This document shows positions 1 through 8,999 of a stretch of DNA of 64,000 nucleotides, piece after piece. The stretch covers positions 288,001 to 352,000 of the forward strand of contig JBGAON010000003.1 in assembly GCA_044221725.1 (NCBI GenBank). Direction: 5' to 3'. The notes beneath the pieces are model-generated. The model saw only the letters and a list, made by a program, of their open reading frames with translations, was not told where the DNA came from and searched no databases. The position numbers and the translations under genes are program-made. Positions within the stretch are counted from its first letter, which is position 1, and the number at the start of each line of letters is the position of its first letter. Origin of the DNA: Elusimicrobiota bacterium. Lineage in GTDB: Bacteria; Elusimicrobiota; Elusimicrobia; F11.

Positions 1-1
1 G

Positions 2-1066
2 CTGGTCGATGCCATCGTGCTCGGCTACGATGTGATGTGCCGCCTGTGCGATGCGAACTCCATCCGCGTGCGAGGCTGGGATCACGTAACCTATCTACCG
101 ATCGCGAGCGCCGTGAGTTGCTCCTATATATATGGGCTAAACGCCGAGCAAACGAGACATGCTATTGCGCTGGCTGCCGTGGGAAATAATGCGCTGCGGC
201 AGACGCGGGTCGGAACCATTTCGGATTGGAAAGCCGCCTGTGCCGCCTACGCCGCTCGGGCGGGATTGGCAGCGGCTCGCCTGGCAGCCGCCGGCTTCAC
301 GGGTCCGTCGGACATTTTTGCGGGTCGCCACGGTTTCTTTAAGCAGGTGTCCGGAGAATTTAAATTTCCGGAGGGCGCGTTTGGAAGCCCGTGGAAAATA
401 ATGGAGACGCATACGAAATATTTTCCGGCCGAACATCACGCACAGTCCGCGATCGAAGCGGCCATCACTTTGCGTGGGCATCTTTTCCCTCTCCCTTTAG
501 GGAGAGGGCAGGGTGAGGGAAAGACCCCCTCGTCCGATAGGCTTCGCCCATCGCCTCTCCCGAAAGGGGGAGGTATAAGGAAAATTATCATCGAAACCTT
601 CGACGTCGCCGTCTCGATCATCGGCAGCGAAAAAGAAAAATGGTTGCCCACCACGCGCGAGACCGCGGATCACAGCATGCCGTACTTGGTGGTGGCCGCG
701 CTGCTTGAGGGCGATGTGAATTTGAAGCAGTACGAGCGCAGACTTTTCTTACGCAACGATGTGCGACGTCTCATGAAGCGCGTCGTGGTGAAAAGCAATC
801 GTGCGTACACGCATCTTTATCCGAAAAAAATGCCCAGCCGTGTTTCAATCGAATTTACGAATGGTCGCCGTGTGAGCGATCTCGTGCTTTTGCCCAAAGG
901 TTACGCGGGCCGCCCGATGTCGTTGGCCGAGGTGCAATGGAAATTTGAACGCATGGCGTCCCGAGTAATGGGCTCCAATCAACAGCGACGGATTGTTGCT
1001 CTGGTGGATCAATTGGACCGCCTCACAGATTTAAAGATGTTGTCCTCGGCAATGAGACTCGAATGA
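2..1066 (+). CDS. prpD: 2-methylcitrate dehydratase, MmgE/PrpD family (5' truncated by the window edge)
   Basis: Motifs RGWDH, WKACA, KYFPAEHHAQS and TRETADHSMPY; first gene before prpB and prpC; frame open from position 2. Confidence 0.9.
   Translation: MVDAIVLGYDVMCRLCDANSIRVRGWDHVTYLPIASAVSCSYIYGLNAEQTRHAIALAAVGNNALRQTRVGTISDWKAACAAYAARAGLAAARLAAAGFTGPSDIFAGRHGFFKQVSGEFKFPEGAFGSPWKIMETHTKYFPAEHHAQSAIEAAITLRGHLFPLPLGRGQGEGKTPSSDRLRPSPLPKGGGIRKIIIETFDVAVSIIGSEKEKWLPTTRETADHSMPYLVVAALLEGDVNLKQYERRLFLRNDVRRLMKRVVVKSNRAYTHLYPKKMPSRVSIEFTNGRRVSDLVLLPKGYAGRPMSLAEVQWKFERMASRVMGSNQQRRIVALVDQLDRLTDLKMLSSAMRLE
487..573. repeat. Palindromic REP/RPE-like element inserted in frame in prpD
   Basis: CCCTCTCCCT-TT-AGGGAGAGGG hairpin (487-508), then CAGGGTGAGGG, then a second hairpin CCTCTCCC-GAAA-GGGGGAGG (554-573); translates as PLPLGRGQGEG...PSPLPKGGG. 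Confidence 0.8.
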
Positions 1067-1962
1067 AAAGTCCGGGCCGGCAATTGCGCGCGCTGTTGAA
1101 AAAGCAGCCCGTGGTCATGCCCGGAGCCTACGACGCTTTGAGTGCGCTTATCATCAAGGATGTTGGCTTTGACGCCGGCTATCTGACCGGCGCCGGTCTG
1201 TCGGTTAGCGTTCACGGCAAACCCGACATCGGACTTCTCACGTTGGACGAAGTGACTGACACGATGCGTCGCATCGCGCGGGCGGTCGATCTTCCCTTTC
1301 TCGTGGATGTCGACACCGGTTTCGGCGGTACCGTGAACGTCGAACGCACGGTGCGGGAAATGGAAAAGGCCGGAGCCGCCGCCATCCAAATCGAAGACCA
1401 AGAGTTTCCGAAACGTTGTGGACATCTAAACGGCAAGAAGCTGATTTCGAAGGAAGCGATGGTGGAAAAAATCAAAGCGGCGGTCGCCGCGCGCCGCGGT
1501 CGCGACTTTCTCATCGTCGCCCGCACCGACGCGCGCGGCGTGACCGGGCTTCGCGACGCTTATGCGCGCGCGCAGGCTTACAAAATGGCGGGGGCCGACA
1601 TTATTTTCCCGGAAGCGCTTGAATCGGTGGGAGAATTCCGTTGGTTTGCCAGTCGAAAGGCTCACAAAACCAAGGCCCTTGGAGTTCTTATGGCAAATAT
1701 GACAGAATTCGGTCGCTCACCAGCATTAACAGTTGAGGAGTTGGCTCACCTGGGATACCGGTTGATTCTTTATCCGATGACAGCCTTTCGTGTCGCTGCT
1801 TTTGCGATGGAACGAGCGCTACACCGACTTCATCGAGCCGGCAGCACAACGGCCTTAACAAACCAGATGCAAACGCGAGTGAATCTTTATCGGTTAAATC
1901 GTTACGCCGATTTCGACGAGCGCGAGCAGAAAATTTTAGAAGAAGCGAAAAAAGTTATTTAA
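1063..1962 (+). CDS. prpB: Methylisocitrate lyase
   Basis: DVDTGFG and IEDQEFPKRCGH motifs of the ICL/PEP mutase family; prp context; ATGA overlap with prpD. Confidence 0.92.
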   Translation: MKSPGRQLRALLKKQPVVMPGAYDALSALIIKDVGFDAGYLTGAGLSVSVHGKPDIGLLTLDEVTDTMRRIARAVDLPFLVDVDTGFGGTVNVERTVREMEKAGAAAIQIEDQEFPKRCGHLNGKKLISKEAMVEKIKAAVAARRGRDFLIVARTDARGVTGLRDAYARAQAYKMAGADIIFPEALESVGEFRWFASRKAHKTKALGVLMANMTEFGRSPALTVEELAHLGYRLILYPMTAFRVAAFAMERALHRLHRAGSTTALTNQMQTRVNLYRLNRYADFDEREQKILEEAKKVI

Positions 1963-1970
1963 AGGGACAC

Positions 1971-3119
1971 ATGATCGACACAAAAACCGCCCTTCCAGAG
2001 GGGTACAAGCCAGGTCTCGAGGGCATTATCGCCGGGACCAGCTCCATCTCGGAAGTTAACGCCGATAAAGACGCTCTTAGTTACCGTGGTTACGATGCGC
2101 ATGTTCTCGCCGAAAAATCCACCTACGAAGAAGTTAGTCACCTGCTCTTAAAAGGCAAGTTGCCAACCAAAGCAGAGCTCGCCATCTTTCAATCCGAATT
2201 GCGCAAAGAGCGCACGCTTTCCATGTCCGTTCTTAAATTCGTTTCGCAACTTCCCAAGACCATTCACCCTATGATCTTGCTGCGCACAACGGTGGAACTA
2301 ATATCGATGGAAGATCCGGACGGCGATAAAGCCGATGCGGATGCGAGCTTACGAAAAGCGCTTCGTTTGGTGGCCAAAACACCGGTTGTTGTGGCCGCGA
2401 TTTCACGCATGAAGGCCGGTAAAGATCCGATTGCTCCCAAGCCAGAGCTCGATCATGCGGCGAACTTCCTTTATATGACGCTCGGTAGAGAGCCCGAGCC
2501 AGAAGTAGCACGCATTTTCGACGCCACCAATATTCTTTACGCCGACCACGGTTTCAACGCGTCCACGTTTGCCGCTCGCGTAACCGCTTCCACGCTTTCC
2601 GATTTGCATTCGGCCATCATCTCGGCCATCGGTACACTAAAAGGCCCGTTGCACGGCGGCGCCAACGAAGCAGCGATTGAAATGCTGCTCAAAATTGGTG
2701 ATGCGAACGCCGTTGAGGGCTGGGTCAAATCCGCGTTGGCGCGCAAAGAGAAGATTATGGGGTTCGGCCATCGTGTTTATAAGAAACAAGATTCGCGTGC
2801 GCCGTACATGAAAGAGCTGGCCGACCAAATGTCGAAGCGCGTCGGCGACACAAAACTTTTCGCGATGTCGTGCAAACTCGAAGAGCTCATGAAGAAAGAA
2901 AAGAATCTCTTCCCGAACGTGGATTACCACTGCGCGGTTGCCTACTATTTGATGAATCTTCCAATTGAGATCTACACGGCGATCTTCGCGATGTCGCGTA
3001 TGTCGGGCTGGACGGCTCACGTCCTTGAGCAGCACGCGTCCAATCGATTGATTCGCCCCGAGTGTTTCTATACGGGGCCGCGCGACCTAGCGTTCGTTCC
3101 CATCGACCGTCGGAACTAG
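1971..3119 (+). CDS. prpC: 2-methylcitrate synthase / citrate synthase
   Basis: DHGFNASTF, GPLHGGANE, GFGHRVYK and PNVDY motifs; prp context. Confidence 0.88.
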   Translation: MIDTKTALPEGYKPGLEGIIAGTSSISEVNADKDALSYRGYDAHVLAEKSTYEEVSHLLLKGKLPTKAELAIFQSELRKERTLSMSVLKFVSQLPKTIHPMILLRTTVELISMEDPDGDKADADASLRKALRLVAKTPVVVAAISRMKAGKDPIAPKPELDHAANFLYMTLGREPEPEVARIFDATNILYADHGFNASTFAARVTASTLSDLHSAIISAIGTLKGPLHGGANEAAIEMLLKIGDANAVEGWVKSALARKEKIMGFGHRVYKKQDSRAPYMKELADQMSKRVGDTKLFAMSCKLEELMKKEKNLFPNVDYHCAVAYYLMNLPIEIYTAIFAMSRMSGWTAHVLEQHASNRLIRPECFYTGPRDLAFVPIDRRN

Positions 3120-3134
3120 GCAACCTCCAATCCC

Positions 3135-4532
3135 ATGGCCGCCTCCCGCACCGAAAAAGATTCCATTGGCACAAAAGAAATTCCAGCGAATGCCTATTAC
3201 GGCATCAACGCGCTGCGCGGCCAGGAAAACTTTCCGATCTCCGGTTTAAAAACGCCGCCGCGTTTGATTGACGCCTTCATGTTGATTAAGAAAGCGGCCG
3301 CCCAAGCCAACAAAGAACTTGGCCTCATTAAAGCCGAACAGGCCGACGCCATTTCTCAAGCTTGCGACGACATCTTGAACGGAAAATTCCGCGATCAGTT
3401 TATTGTTGACGTGTTTCAAATGGGCGCGGGCACGGCGCTGCACATGAACGTGAACGAGGTGCTCGCGAATCGTGCGGTTGAAATTCTCGGCGGTTCGAAA
3501 GGCGATTACACAAAGGTAAACCCGAACGACCATGTGAATTTCGGCCAATCAACAAACGATGTGTTCCCGACGGCGATGCGCGTGGCCGCTCGGCTGGCGC
3601 TTAAAGAACTTTTGACCGCAACCGATCAACTGGCCGACGTGTTTTTCGAAAAAGGAAAAGAGTTCGATCATGTGATTAAGTCCGCGCGCACACATTTGCA
3701 GGACGCGGTTCCGATTCGACTTGGACAAGAATTTGCGGCGTACGGTCTGGCGATCAAGCGGTCCGCCGATCGTATTGCGCAGGCGGCCAAAGAAATCGAA
3801 GAGCTCGGAATCGGCGGAAGTGCGGCGGGCACCGGCCTCAACACGCATCCGGCCTACGCGAAACGCGTGGTGGATCTTCTCACGAACGAAACGCGAGTGA
3901 CGTTTCGCCCCGCCGAGGATAAGCGCGAGGCGATGCAAAGCCAGCGCCCTATTGCCGAGGTGTCGTCGGCAATTAAGAATCTTGCGCTGGAAATGACACG
4001 AATTTCGAACGATTTGCGGCTCTTGTCTTCTGGCCCCACCACCGGTTTTGCCGAAATCTTCTTACCGGGTTTGGCAGCGGGCTCCTCGATCATGCCCGGC
4101 AAGGTCAATCCGTCCATGCCCGAAATGCTGAACATGGTCTGTTTCCAAGTGATCGGCAACGATCTTGCAATCTCGATGGCCGTTCAGGCGGGTCAACTGG
4201 AACTGAACGTAATGATGCCACTCATGGCGTTTGATCTGTTGTTCTCGATTGAAATTTTCAAGAACGCTCTCAAGGTGTTCTCGGATTTGTGTGTGAAAGG
4301 GATCACCGCCGATGAAAACAAATGCCGTCGCTACGCCGAGATGTCAATGTCGCTCGTGACCGCCTTGAACCCAATTATCGGTTACGCGAAGGCGGCCGAA
4401 ATTGTGAAAGAAGCACTTAAGTCCGGTAAGACGATCGTCGAGATGATTGAAGAGAAAAAAGTTTTGACGCCTGAAAAATTAAAAGAAGTGCTTAACCTCA
4501 AATCTTTAACCGAACCCGGAGTCCATAAATGA
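3135..4532 (+). CDS. aspA: Aspartate ammonia-lyase (class II fumarase/aspartase family; FumC not excluded)
   Basis: GSSIMPGKVNP signature; RTHLQDAVPIRLGQEF; GAGT motif more typical of aspartases. Confidence 0.72.
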   Translation: MAASRTEKDSIGTKEIPANAYYGINALRGQENFPISGLKTPPRLIDAFMLIKKAAAQANKELGLIKAEQADAISQACDDILNGKFRDQFIVDVFQMGAGTALHMNVNEVLANRAVEILGGSKGDYTKVNPNDHVNFGQSTNDVFPTAMRVAARLALKELLTATDQLADVFFEKGKEFDHVIKSARTHLQDAVPIRLGQEFAAYGLAIKRSADRIAQAAKEIEELGIGGSAAGTGLNTHPAYAKRVVDLLTNETRVTFRPAEDKREAMQSQRPIAEVSSAIKNLALEMTRISNDLRLLSSGPTTGFAEIFLPGLAAGSSIMPGKVNPSMPEMLNMVCFQVIGNDLAISMAVQAGQLELNVMMPLMAFDLLFSIEIFKNALKVFSDLCVKGITADENKCRRYAEMSMSLVTALNPIIGYAKAAEIVKEALKSGKTIVEMIEEKKVLTPEKLKEVLNLKSLTEPGVHK

Positions 4533-5905
4533 AAAGCCGACTGTTCTTGTTTGCCGCTGTTACCGCTCTTGCGTGGCCCATCGTTCACGCGGATGACGAT
4601 CTTGCGGCGCAAGGGAAGATCTCGTTTGGAATGCACTGTGCGCGTTGCCATGGCGCGGAAGCAAAAGGCGATGGCCCCGACGCAAAGCGGTTGACGGTTG
4701 TCCCGCGCGATATCACCTCCGGAAAATTTAAATTCAAGAGCACCGCATCGGGAACGCCGCCAACCGACGACGATATTGCGAACGGAATCCTCGGCCACGG
4801 TTTGGCGGGTAGCGGTATGCCAAGTTTTGGGGATTTGGATAAAAACGTTCGGGCGGGTCTGGTTGCTTACATAAAAACGATTTCACCGGCGTTTCAAAAC
4901 GGACAAAAACCTGAGCCAATTCCTGATCCGGCCAACAAGAAAGCAAGCCCTGATCTCGCAAAAGGAAAGGAAGTGTTCAATAAATTGCAGTGCGGTCTTT
5001 GTCATGGTCCAAACGGTCATGCGAACGGCACGTCCTCGTTTGCGCTCGTGGATGCGTCGAACCACCCGATCAAGGTGGCCAACCTCACGCAAGGATGGAC
5101 GTATCGTGGGGGCTCCAAGCCGATTGATATTTATCACCGCATTCTTGCCGGAATTGAGGGCGCGCCCATGCCCAGCTACGAAGGCGCTGCGTCACACGAA
5201 GATATTTGGCAGCTTTGCCATTACGTCGCCTCGCTTCAGTTGAAGACGAACTGGTCCAACGAAATCACGGCCACGAAAGTGAGCGGCGCTCTTCCCACAA
5301 AATTGGATGATGCGTTGTGGCAAAAAGCCGTTCGCACCGACGTGAACATGCAGAATTATTTGTACGAAGGCGACCATCGCGCTTCCCTCACGGTAAACGC
5401 GGTGTCCGTGCAAGCTGTTTATAATGAGAGTGCGATTGCGTTTCGAATTTTCTGGGACGACCCGGTTCAAAACAACGGCGACAATATGTCCGATGCGCTG
5501 ATGATCGCGCTGAAACCAAACGATTTCGCAGGCGACACGCGGTCGAATCTTCATACTCTCTATGGTGCGGATGCTCCCGCGCTTGATCTCATGATATGGA
5601 ATGCGTCCACGCCGAAAGCGGTCGCGCAAAACAAATCCAATCTCGCGAGCGCCACGCGTTCAAGTTGGAATCATAATCAAATCCTTGAATCGTCCGCGCA
5701 ATACGAGGACGGTCGTTGGACGATAATGTTCACACGTCCGTTGGAGTTGTCCGGTGCTGACAAAATCGATCCGGCCAGCCATGATGTTCGCTATGTGGGC
5801 TTCGCTGCGTGGGACGGGAAAAATCGTGAATCGGGCATAAAACATTCCACGTCGCAGTGGATTCGCTTGGCGCTCGGCTCAAAATCCCACGGTTCAAAAG
5901 AATAA
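4529..5905 (+). CDS. Exported di-heme c-type cytochrome with C-terminal DOMON/ethylbenzene-dehydrogenase-like domain
   Basis: Signal peptide; two CxxCH motifs (CARCH, CGLCH) each followed by GxxMP; C-terminal YEDGRWTIMFTRPL...FAAWDG. Confidence 0.75.
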   Translation: MKSRLFLFAAVTALAWPIVHADDDLAAQGKISFGMHCARCHGAEAKGDGPDAKRLTVVPRDITSGKFKFKSTASGTPPTDDDIANGILGHGLAGSGMPSFGDLDKNVRAGLVAYIKTISPAFQNGQKPEPIPDPANKKASPDLAKGKEVFNKLQCGLCHGPNGHANGTSSFALVDASNHPIKVANLTQGWTYRGGSKPIDIYHRILAGIEGAPMPSYEGAASHEDIWQLCHYVASLQLKTNWSNEITATKVSGALPTKLDDALWQKAVRTDVNMQNYLYEGDHRASLTVNAVSVQAVYNESAIAFRIFWDDPVQNNGDNMSDALMIALKPNDFAGDTRSNLHTLYGADAPALDLMIWNASTPKAVAQNKSNLASATRSSWNHNQILESSAQYEDGRWTIMFTRPLELSGADKIDPASHDVRYVGFAAWDGKNRESGIKHSTSQWIRLALGSKSHGSKE

Positions 5906-5937
5906 CGGCGTTCCCGCCCTGATGTGGCTGGGCCCTT

Positions 5938-6711
5938 ATGCTATCTGTTCAGTCCCATGGTTCCGGCGTACCGCTTGTTTTCTTGCATGCGTTTCCGTTA
6001 TCGCAGCGCATGTGGGAACCCAACAGACCAGCGTTCACGAAGCATTTCCGCTTTATAACGGTTGACCTTCCCGGTTTTGGCGCGTCTCCATTAACGTCTG
6101 ACACGAGCCGCATGGCGGATATGGCCGCCGGCGTTCTCGAAGCGCTCGATTCCATTAAACTCACCGAGAAATTTGTGTTGGGCGGCCTTTCGATGGGCGG
6201 GTATGTTCTTCTGCAGGTTTTGCGTTTGGCTCCCACGCGCATTCGCGCGGCCGCCCTTTTCTCAACGCGTTCGGTGGCCGATTCACCCGAAGCGCGCGAG
6301 AAAAGATTCAAAACGATCGAGTTCGTTCAGAAAGAGGGAGTTCTGCCATTTGCTGGAAAGCAGGTTCAAACGCTTCTCGGAAAATCAACGCAGGTCGAAA
6401 ACAAACCGGTTGTTGATCACGTGAAATCGCTGGTCGAACAGGCGAACCCCAACGGTATTTGTGCGGCGCTTCGAGGTATGGCCGAGCGACCGGATACCAC
6501 CGAGGTCCTTTTGTCCGCGAAAATTCCCAAGCTTTTTGTGGCAGGGCAAGAAGACGTGGTAATTCCGCCCACTGAGATGGAAGACCTTGCGAAAAAAAAT
6601 GCGAACTCGGATTTTCGTATCTTGCCGAAAGCGGGGCATTTGATCAATCTCGAGCAACCGGCCTTATTTAACGATACATTTTTGCATTTCCTGAAGCGTC
6701 GGGTGTTGTAG
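5938..6711 (+). CDS. Alpha/beta fold hydrolase
   Basis: LHAFP, DLPGFG, GLSMGG nucleophile elbow, AGHL. Confidence 0.88.
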   Translation: MLSVQSHGSGVPLVFLHAFPLSQRMWEPNRPAFTKHFRFITVDLPGFGASPLTSDTSRMADMAAGVLEALDSIKLTEKFVLGGLSMGGYVLLQVLRLAPTRIRAAALFSTRSVADSPEAREKRFKTIEFVQKEGVLPFAGKQVQTLLGKSTQVENKPVVDHVKSLVEQANPNGICAALRGMAERPDTTEVLLSAKIPKLFVAGQEDVVIPPTEMEDLAKKNANSDFRILPKAGHLINLEQPALFNDTFLHFLKRRVL

Positions 6712-6716
6712 CGCAG

Positions 6717-6746
6717 GGAACCGAATCATAGACCATTTGTTATACT
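6717..6746 (+). promoter_or_regulatory. Putative ECF autoregulatory promoter GGAAC-N17-GTT overlapping an extended -10 TGnTATACT
   Basis: GGAAC 6717-6721, GTT 6739-6741 and TATACT 6741-6746, just upstream of the sigma ATG at 6751. Confidence 0.55.
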
Positions 6747-6750
6747 GGCC

Positions 6751-7422
6751 ATGAATACTGCGCTTGTGCTGGAACCTATGAACGAAACCGACGAAAAAAC
6801 ACGCCAAGAATTCGCCGAAGCCGCCTTCCCTTACATGGATGAAATGTACGCGGGGGCTTTGCGCATGACAAAAAACCCGCAGGCCGCAGAAGATTTATCA
6901 GCCGAAGTGTTTTCAAAAGCTTGGAAGTCGTTCCATCAGTTCGAACGCGGTACAAATATGCGGGCGTGGTTGTACCGAATCCTCACGAACACCTATATCA
7001 ACAGTTATCGGCAAAAAGTACGGCACGGTGTGCCGGTTCACATCGACCAATACGAAAACCAAGATGAGTTTTACATTTACAACAAGATTGCGGAGAGCGC
7101 GCGTCACGACGATGAAGATCCCGCCCGCAAGGTGCTCGAGAAATTCGCCGAGCAAGATATTTTGAACGCGATGGAGCATTTGCCCGATGGATACCGCGAA
7201 ACGGTTATTCTCTCGGACTTGCAAGGGTTGTCCTACGAGGAAATCGCGGAAGCATTGGATATTCCGATTGGAACGGTTCGCTCGCGTCTCAATCGCGGGC
7301 GCCGCCATTTGCAGAAGGCACTCTGGGAAGAGGCCGTAAAATCAGGTTATGTGACGGACAAGACAATGAACCCCATGAAACGGTGGTCGAACAAGCTTTT
7401 CCGATCGATGAGGGGGAGATAA
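6751..7422 (+). CDS. ECF RNA polymerase sigma factor (SigH/SigR-like)
   Basis: [22 protein letters not shown] and [21 protein letters not shown] (regions 2 and 4). Confidence 0.92.
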   Translation: MNTALVLEPMNETDEKTRQEFAEAAFPYMDEMYAGALRMTKNPQAAEDLSAEVFSKAWKSFHQFERGTNMRAWLYRILTNTYINSYRQKVRHGVPVHIDQYENQDEFYIYNKIAESARHDDEDPARKVLEKFAEQDILNAMEHLPDGYRETVILSDLQGLSYEEIAEALDIPIGTVRSRLNRGRRHLQKALWEEAVKSGYVTDKTMNPMKRWSNKLFRSMRGR

Positions 7423-7646
7423 TGTGGAGTTGTGAACAGGTGATTCAGGATATTTGGATTTATCTTGACCGCCGACTCGGTGACGACGATCTTGTTCACA
7501 TGCAGAAGCATATTGAGCTGTGCCGAAGCTGTTTTTCCCGAGTGGAGTTTGAGAGATTGTTGCGTGAATCGATGAAGCAGAAAACCAACCATTGCTGCCC
7601 CGGAAAAGTAAAAGACCGCATCAAAAAGATTCTCGATCAATTCTAA
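7422..7646 (+). CDS. Zinc-finger (zf-HC2, RsrA/RshA-like) anti-sigma factor
   Basis: HxxxCxxC (HIELCRSC) plus N-terminal Cys; TAATG overlap with the sigma gene. Confidence 0.85.
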   Translation: MWSCEQVIQDIWIYLDRRLGDDDLVHMQKHIELCRSCFSRVEFERLLRESMKQKTNHCCPGKVKDRIKKILDQF

Positions 7647-7652
7647 TCGTCG

Positions 7653-8999
7653 TTATTTCGCGTAGTTTACCTGCCGCACGATAACCGTCTCGTTTCCGTT
7701 TGCATCCCGGGCTACAATCTTTATTTTGTTGGTGCCCGGCCTTAAAAATGTGCGGGTGCTGAAATGCCCATTGTTCCCTAAAAACACAACCTCGCTGTTA
7801 ATGGAAACCATGACCGCATCTTTCGCGTTGCCGCTAACGTCGCACGACGCCTCCGCGCCAGAAAATTGAGAACCCTCGTTCGGGACCACGTCCGTCAGAA
7901 TTGGCGGTTGCGTGTCTTTGATGATCACGGTCGGCGCCGAATATTGGCCTTGAACCCCGAACGCGTCCAAGAACGCCACGCGCATGTAGTAGCGGCCATC
8001 CGGAATCGATTGCTTCTTGACGTCAAACGAGGTGGCTGTAGCTTCCGTCTTTTCAAGAATGGTCGTCTGGAATTTTTCGTCATTTGATAGCTGCACGCGA
8101 TAATTAACGAGCATGTTTTGAGCAATAACGGATTTTGATTTTCCGGACGGGTTTGGATTTTCTTTTGGTGGTGCCGGAGGCGGCGTGAATTTGATCGGTT
8201 TGTCCGTGGGTTCACCGAAGGGCACTTTTTTCGGTGCTTCAAGCTTCATTTCGGCTGGATTAAAATCTTTGAAGTTTGAAAGCGGCATCGGTTCGATCGG
8301 GGGCGCCGATTTCGGAACTTGCGTACCAAAGCCTTCTTTCACGTGAACCGTTTTACCCTTGGCGGTGACGTTCACTTCTCCTTTGTACACGAAAACCACT
8401 TCGGTTTCATCTTCTCGAATCTTCGCTTGGTATTCGGAGCCCGCGTTCTTCGGATTCACGATGGTGCCACCGGGCATGATGACTTTCGCATGCGATGCGC
8501 GAACGTCACCTTGGAGCAACTGGATCTCTTGAAGAATTTTTTCCGGCTTTAGCACGACGTACGAATTTTCGTTAATTTGCACGACTTCTTTGGATGGAAA
8601 CCTCACGCGCGCTTGTGCGCCTTTCATTGTGCGCAAGCTGTCCTCGTAACGCAAAACCATGTCGGGGCTCGCCACTTTAAAATCCGCTTCGTCCCGCCGT
8701 TTGTAGCGCACCTCGGGTATCAGCTTAATGATTTGCGCGGTGCGATATTCTTCCTTGATGAGGCTCACCGGAATTTTTATTCGGCTTCCGGGCAACGCGA
8801 TCGTGGGGTCCGACGTCGGCAAATTGTTGACCTTTACAATCTCGGGCCATTTCTGGGGATCTTTCAAATATTTGTTTGCGATGTTCCACATCGTATCGCC
8901 GGGTGCGACGATCACTTCCTGCAAGCTGTCTTGTGCGTGCACGCGCCGCGGCATGACGGTGCTCAGCGTCATCAAAATGGCAAGCAGAAAGCGTTTCAT
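7653..8999 (-). CDS. Exported LysM + FecR-like + Ig/Fn3-like domain protein
   Basis: Signal peptide MKRFLLAIL; LysM VAPGDTMWNIANKYL; FecR-like EVVFVYKGEVNV; Pro-rich linker; C-terminal LRPGTNKIKIVARDANGN; ATGA overlap with upstream kinase. Confidence 0.78.
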   Translation of the reverse strand: MKRFLLAILMTLSTVMPRRVHAQDSLQEVIVAPGDTMWNIANKYLKDPQKWPEIVKVNNLPTSDPTIALPGSRIKIPVSLIKEEYRTAQIIKLIPEVRYKRRDEADFKVASPDMVLRYEDSLRTMKGAQARVRFPSKEVVQINENSYVVLKPEKILQEIQLLQGDVRASHAKVIMPGGTIVNPKNAGSEYQAKIREDETEVVFVYKGEVNVTAKGKTVHVKEGFGTQVPKSAPPIEPMPLSNFKDFNPAEMKLEAPKKVPFGEPTDKPIKFTPPPAPPKENPNPSGKSKSVIAQNMLVNYRVQLSNDEKFQTTILEKTEATATSFDVKKQSIPDGRYYMRVAFLDAFGVQGQYSAPTVIIKDTQPPILTDVVPNEGSQFSGAEASCDVSGNAKDAVMVSINSEVVFLGNNGHFSTRTFLRPGTNKIKIVARDANGNETVIVRQVNYAK

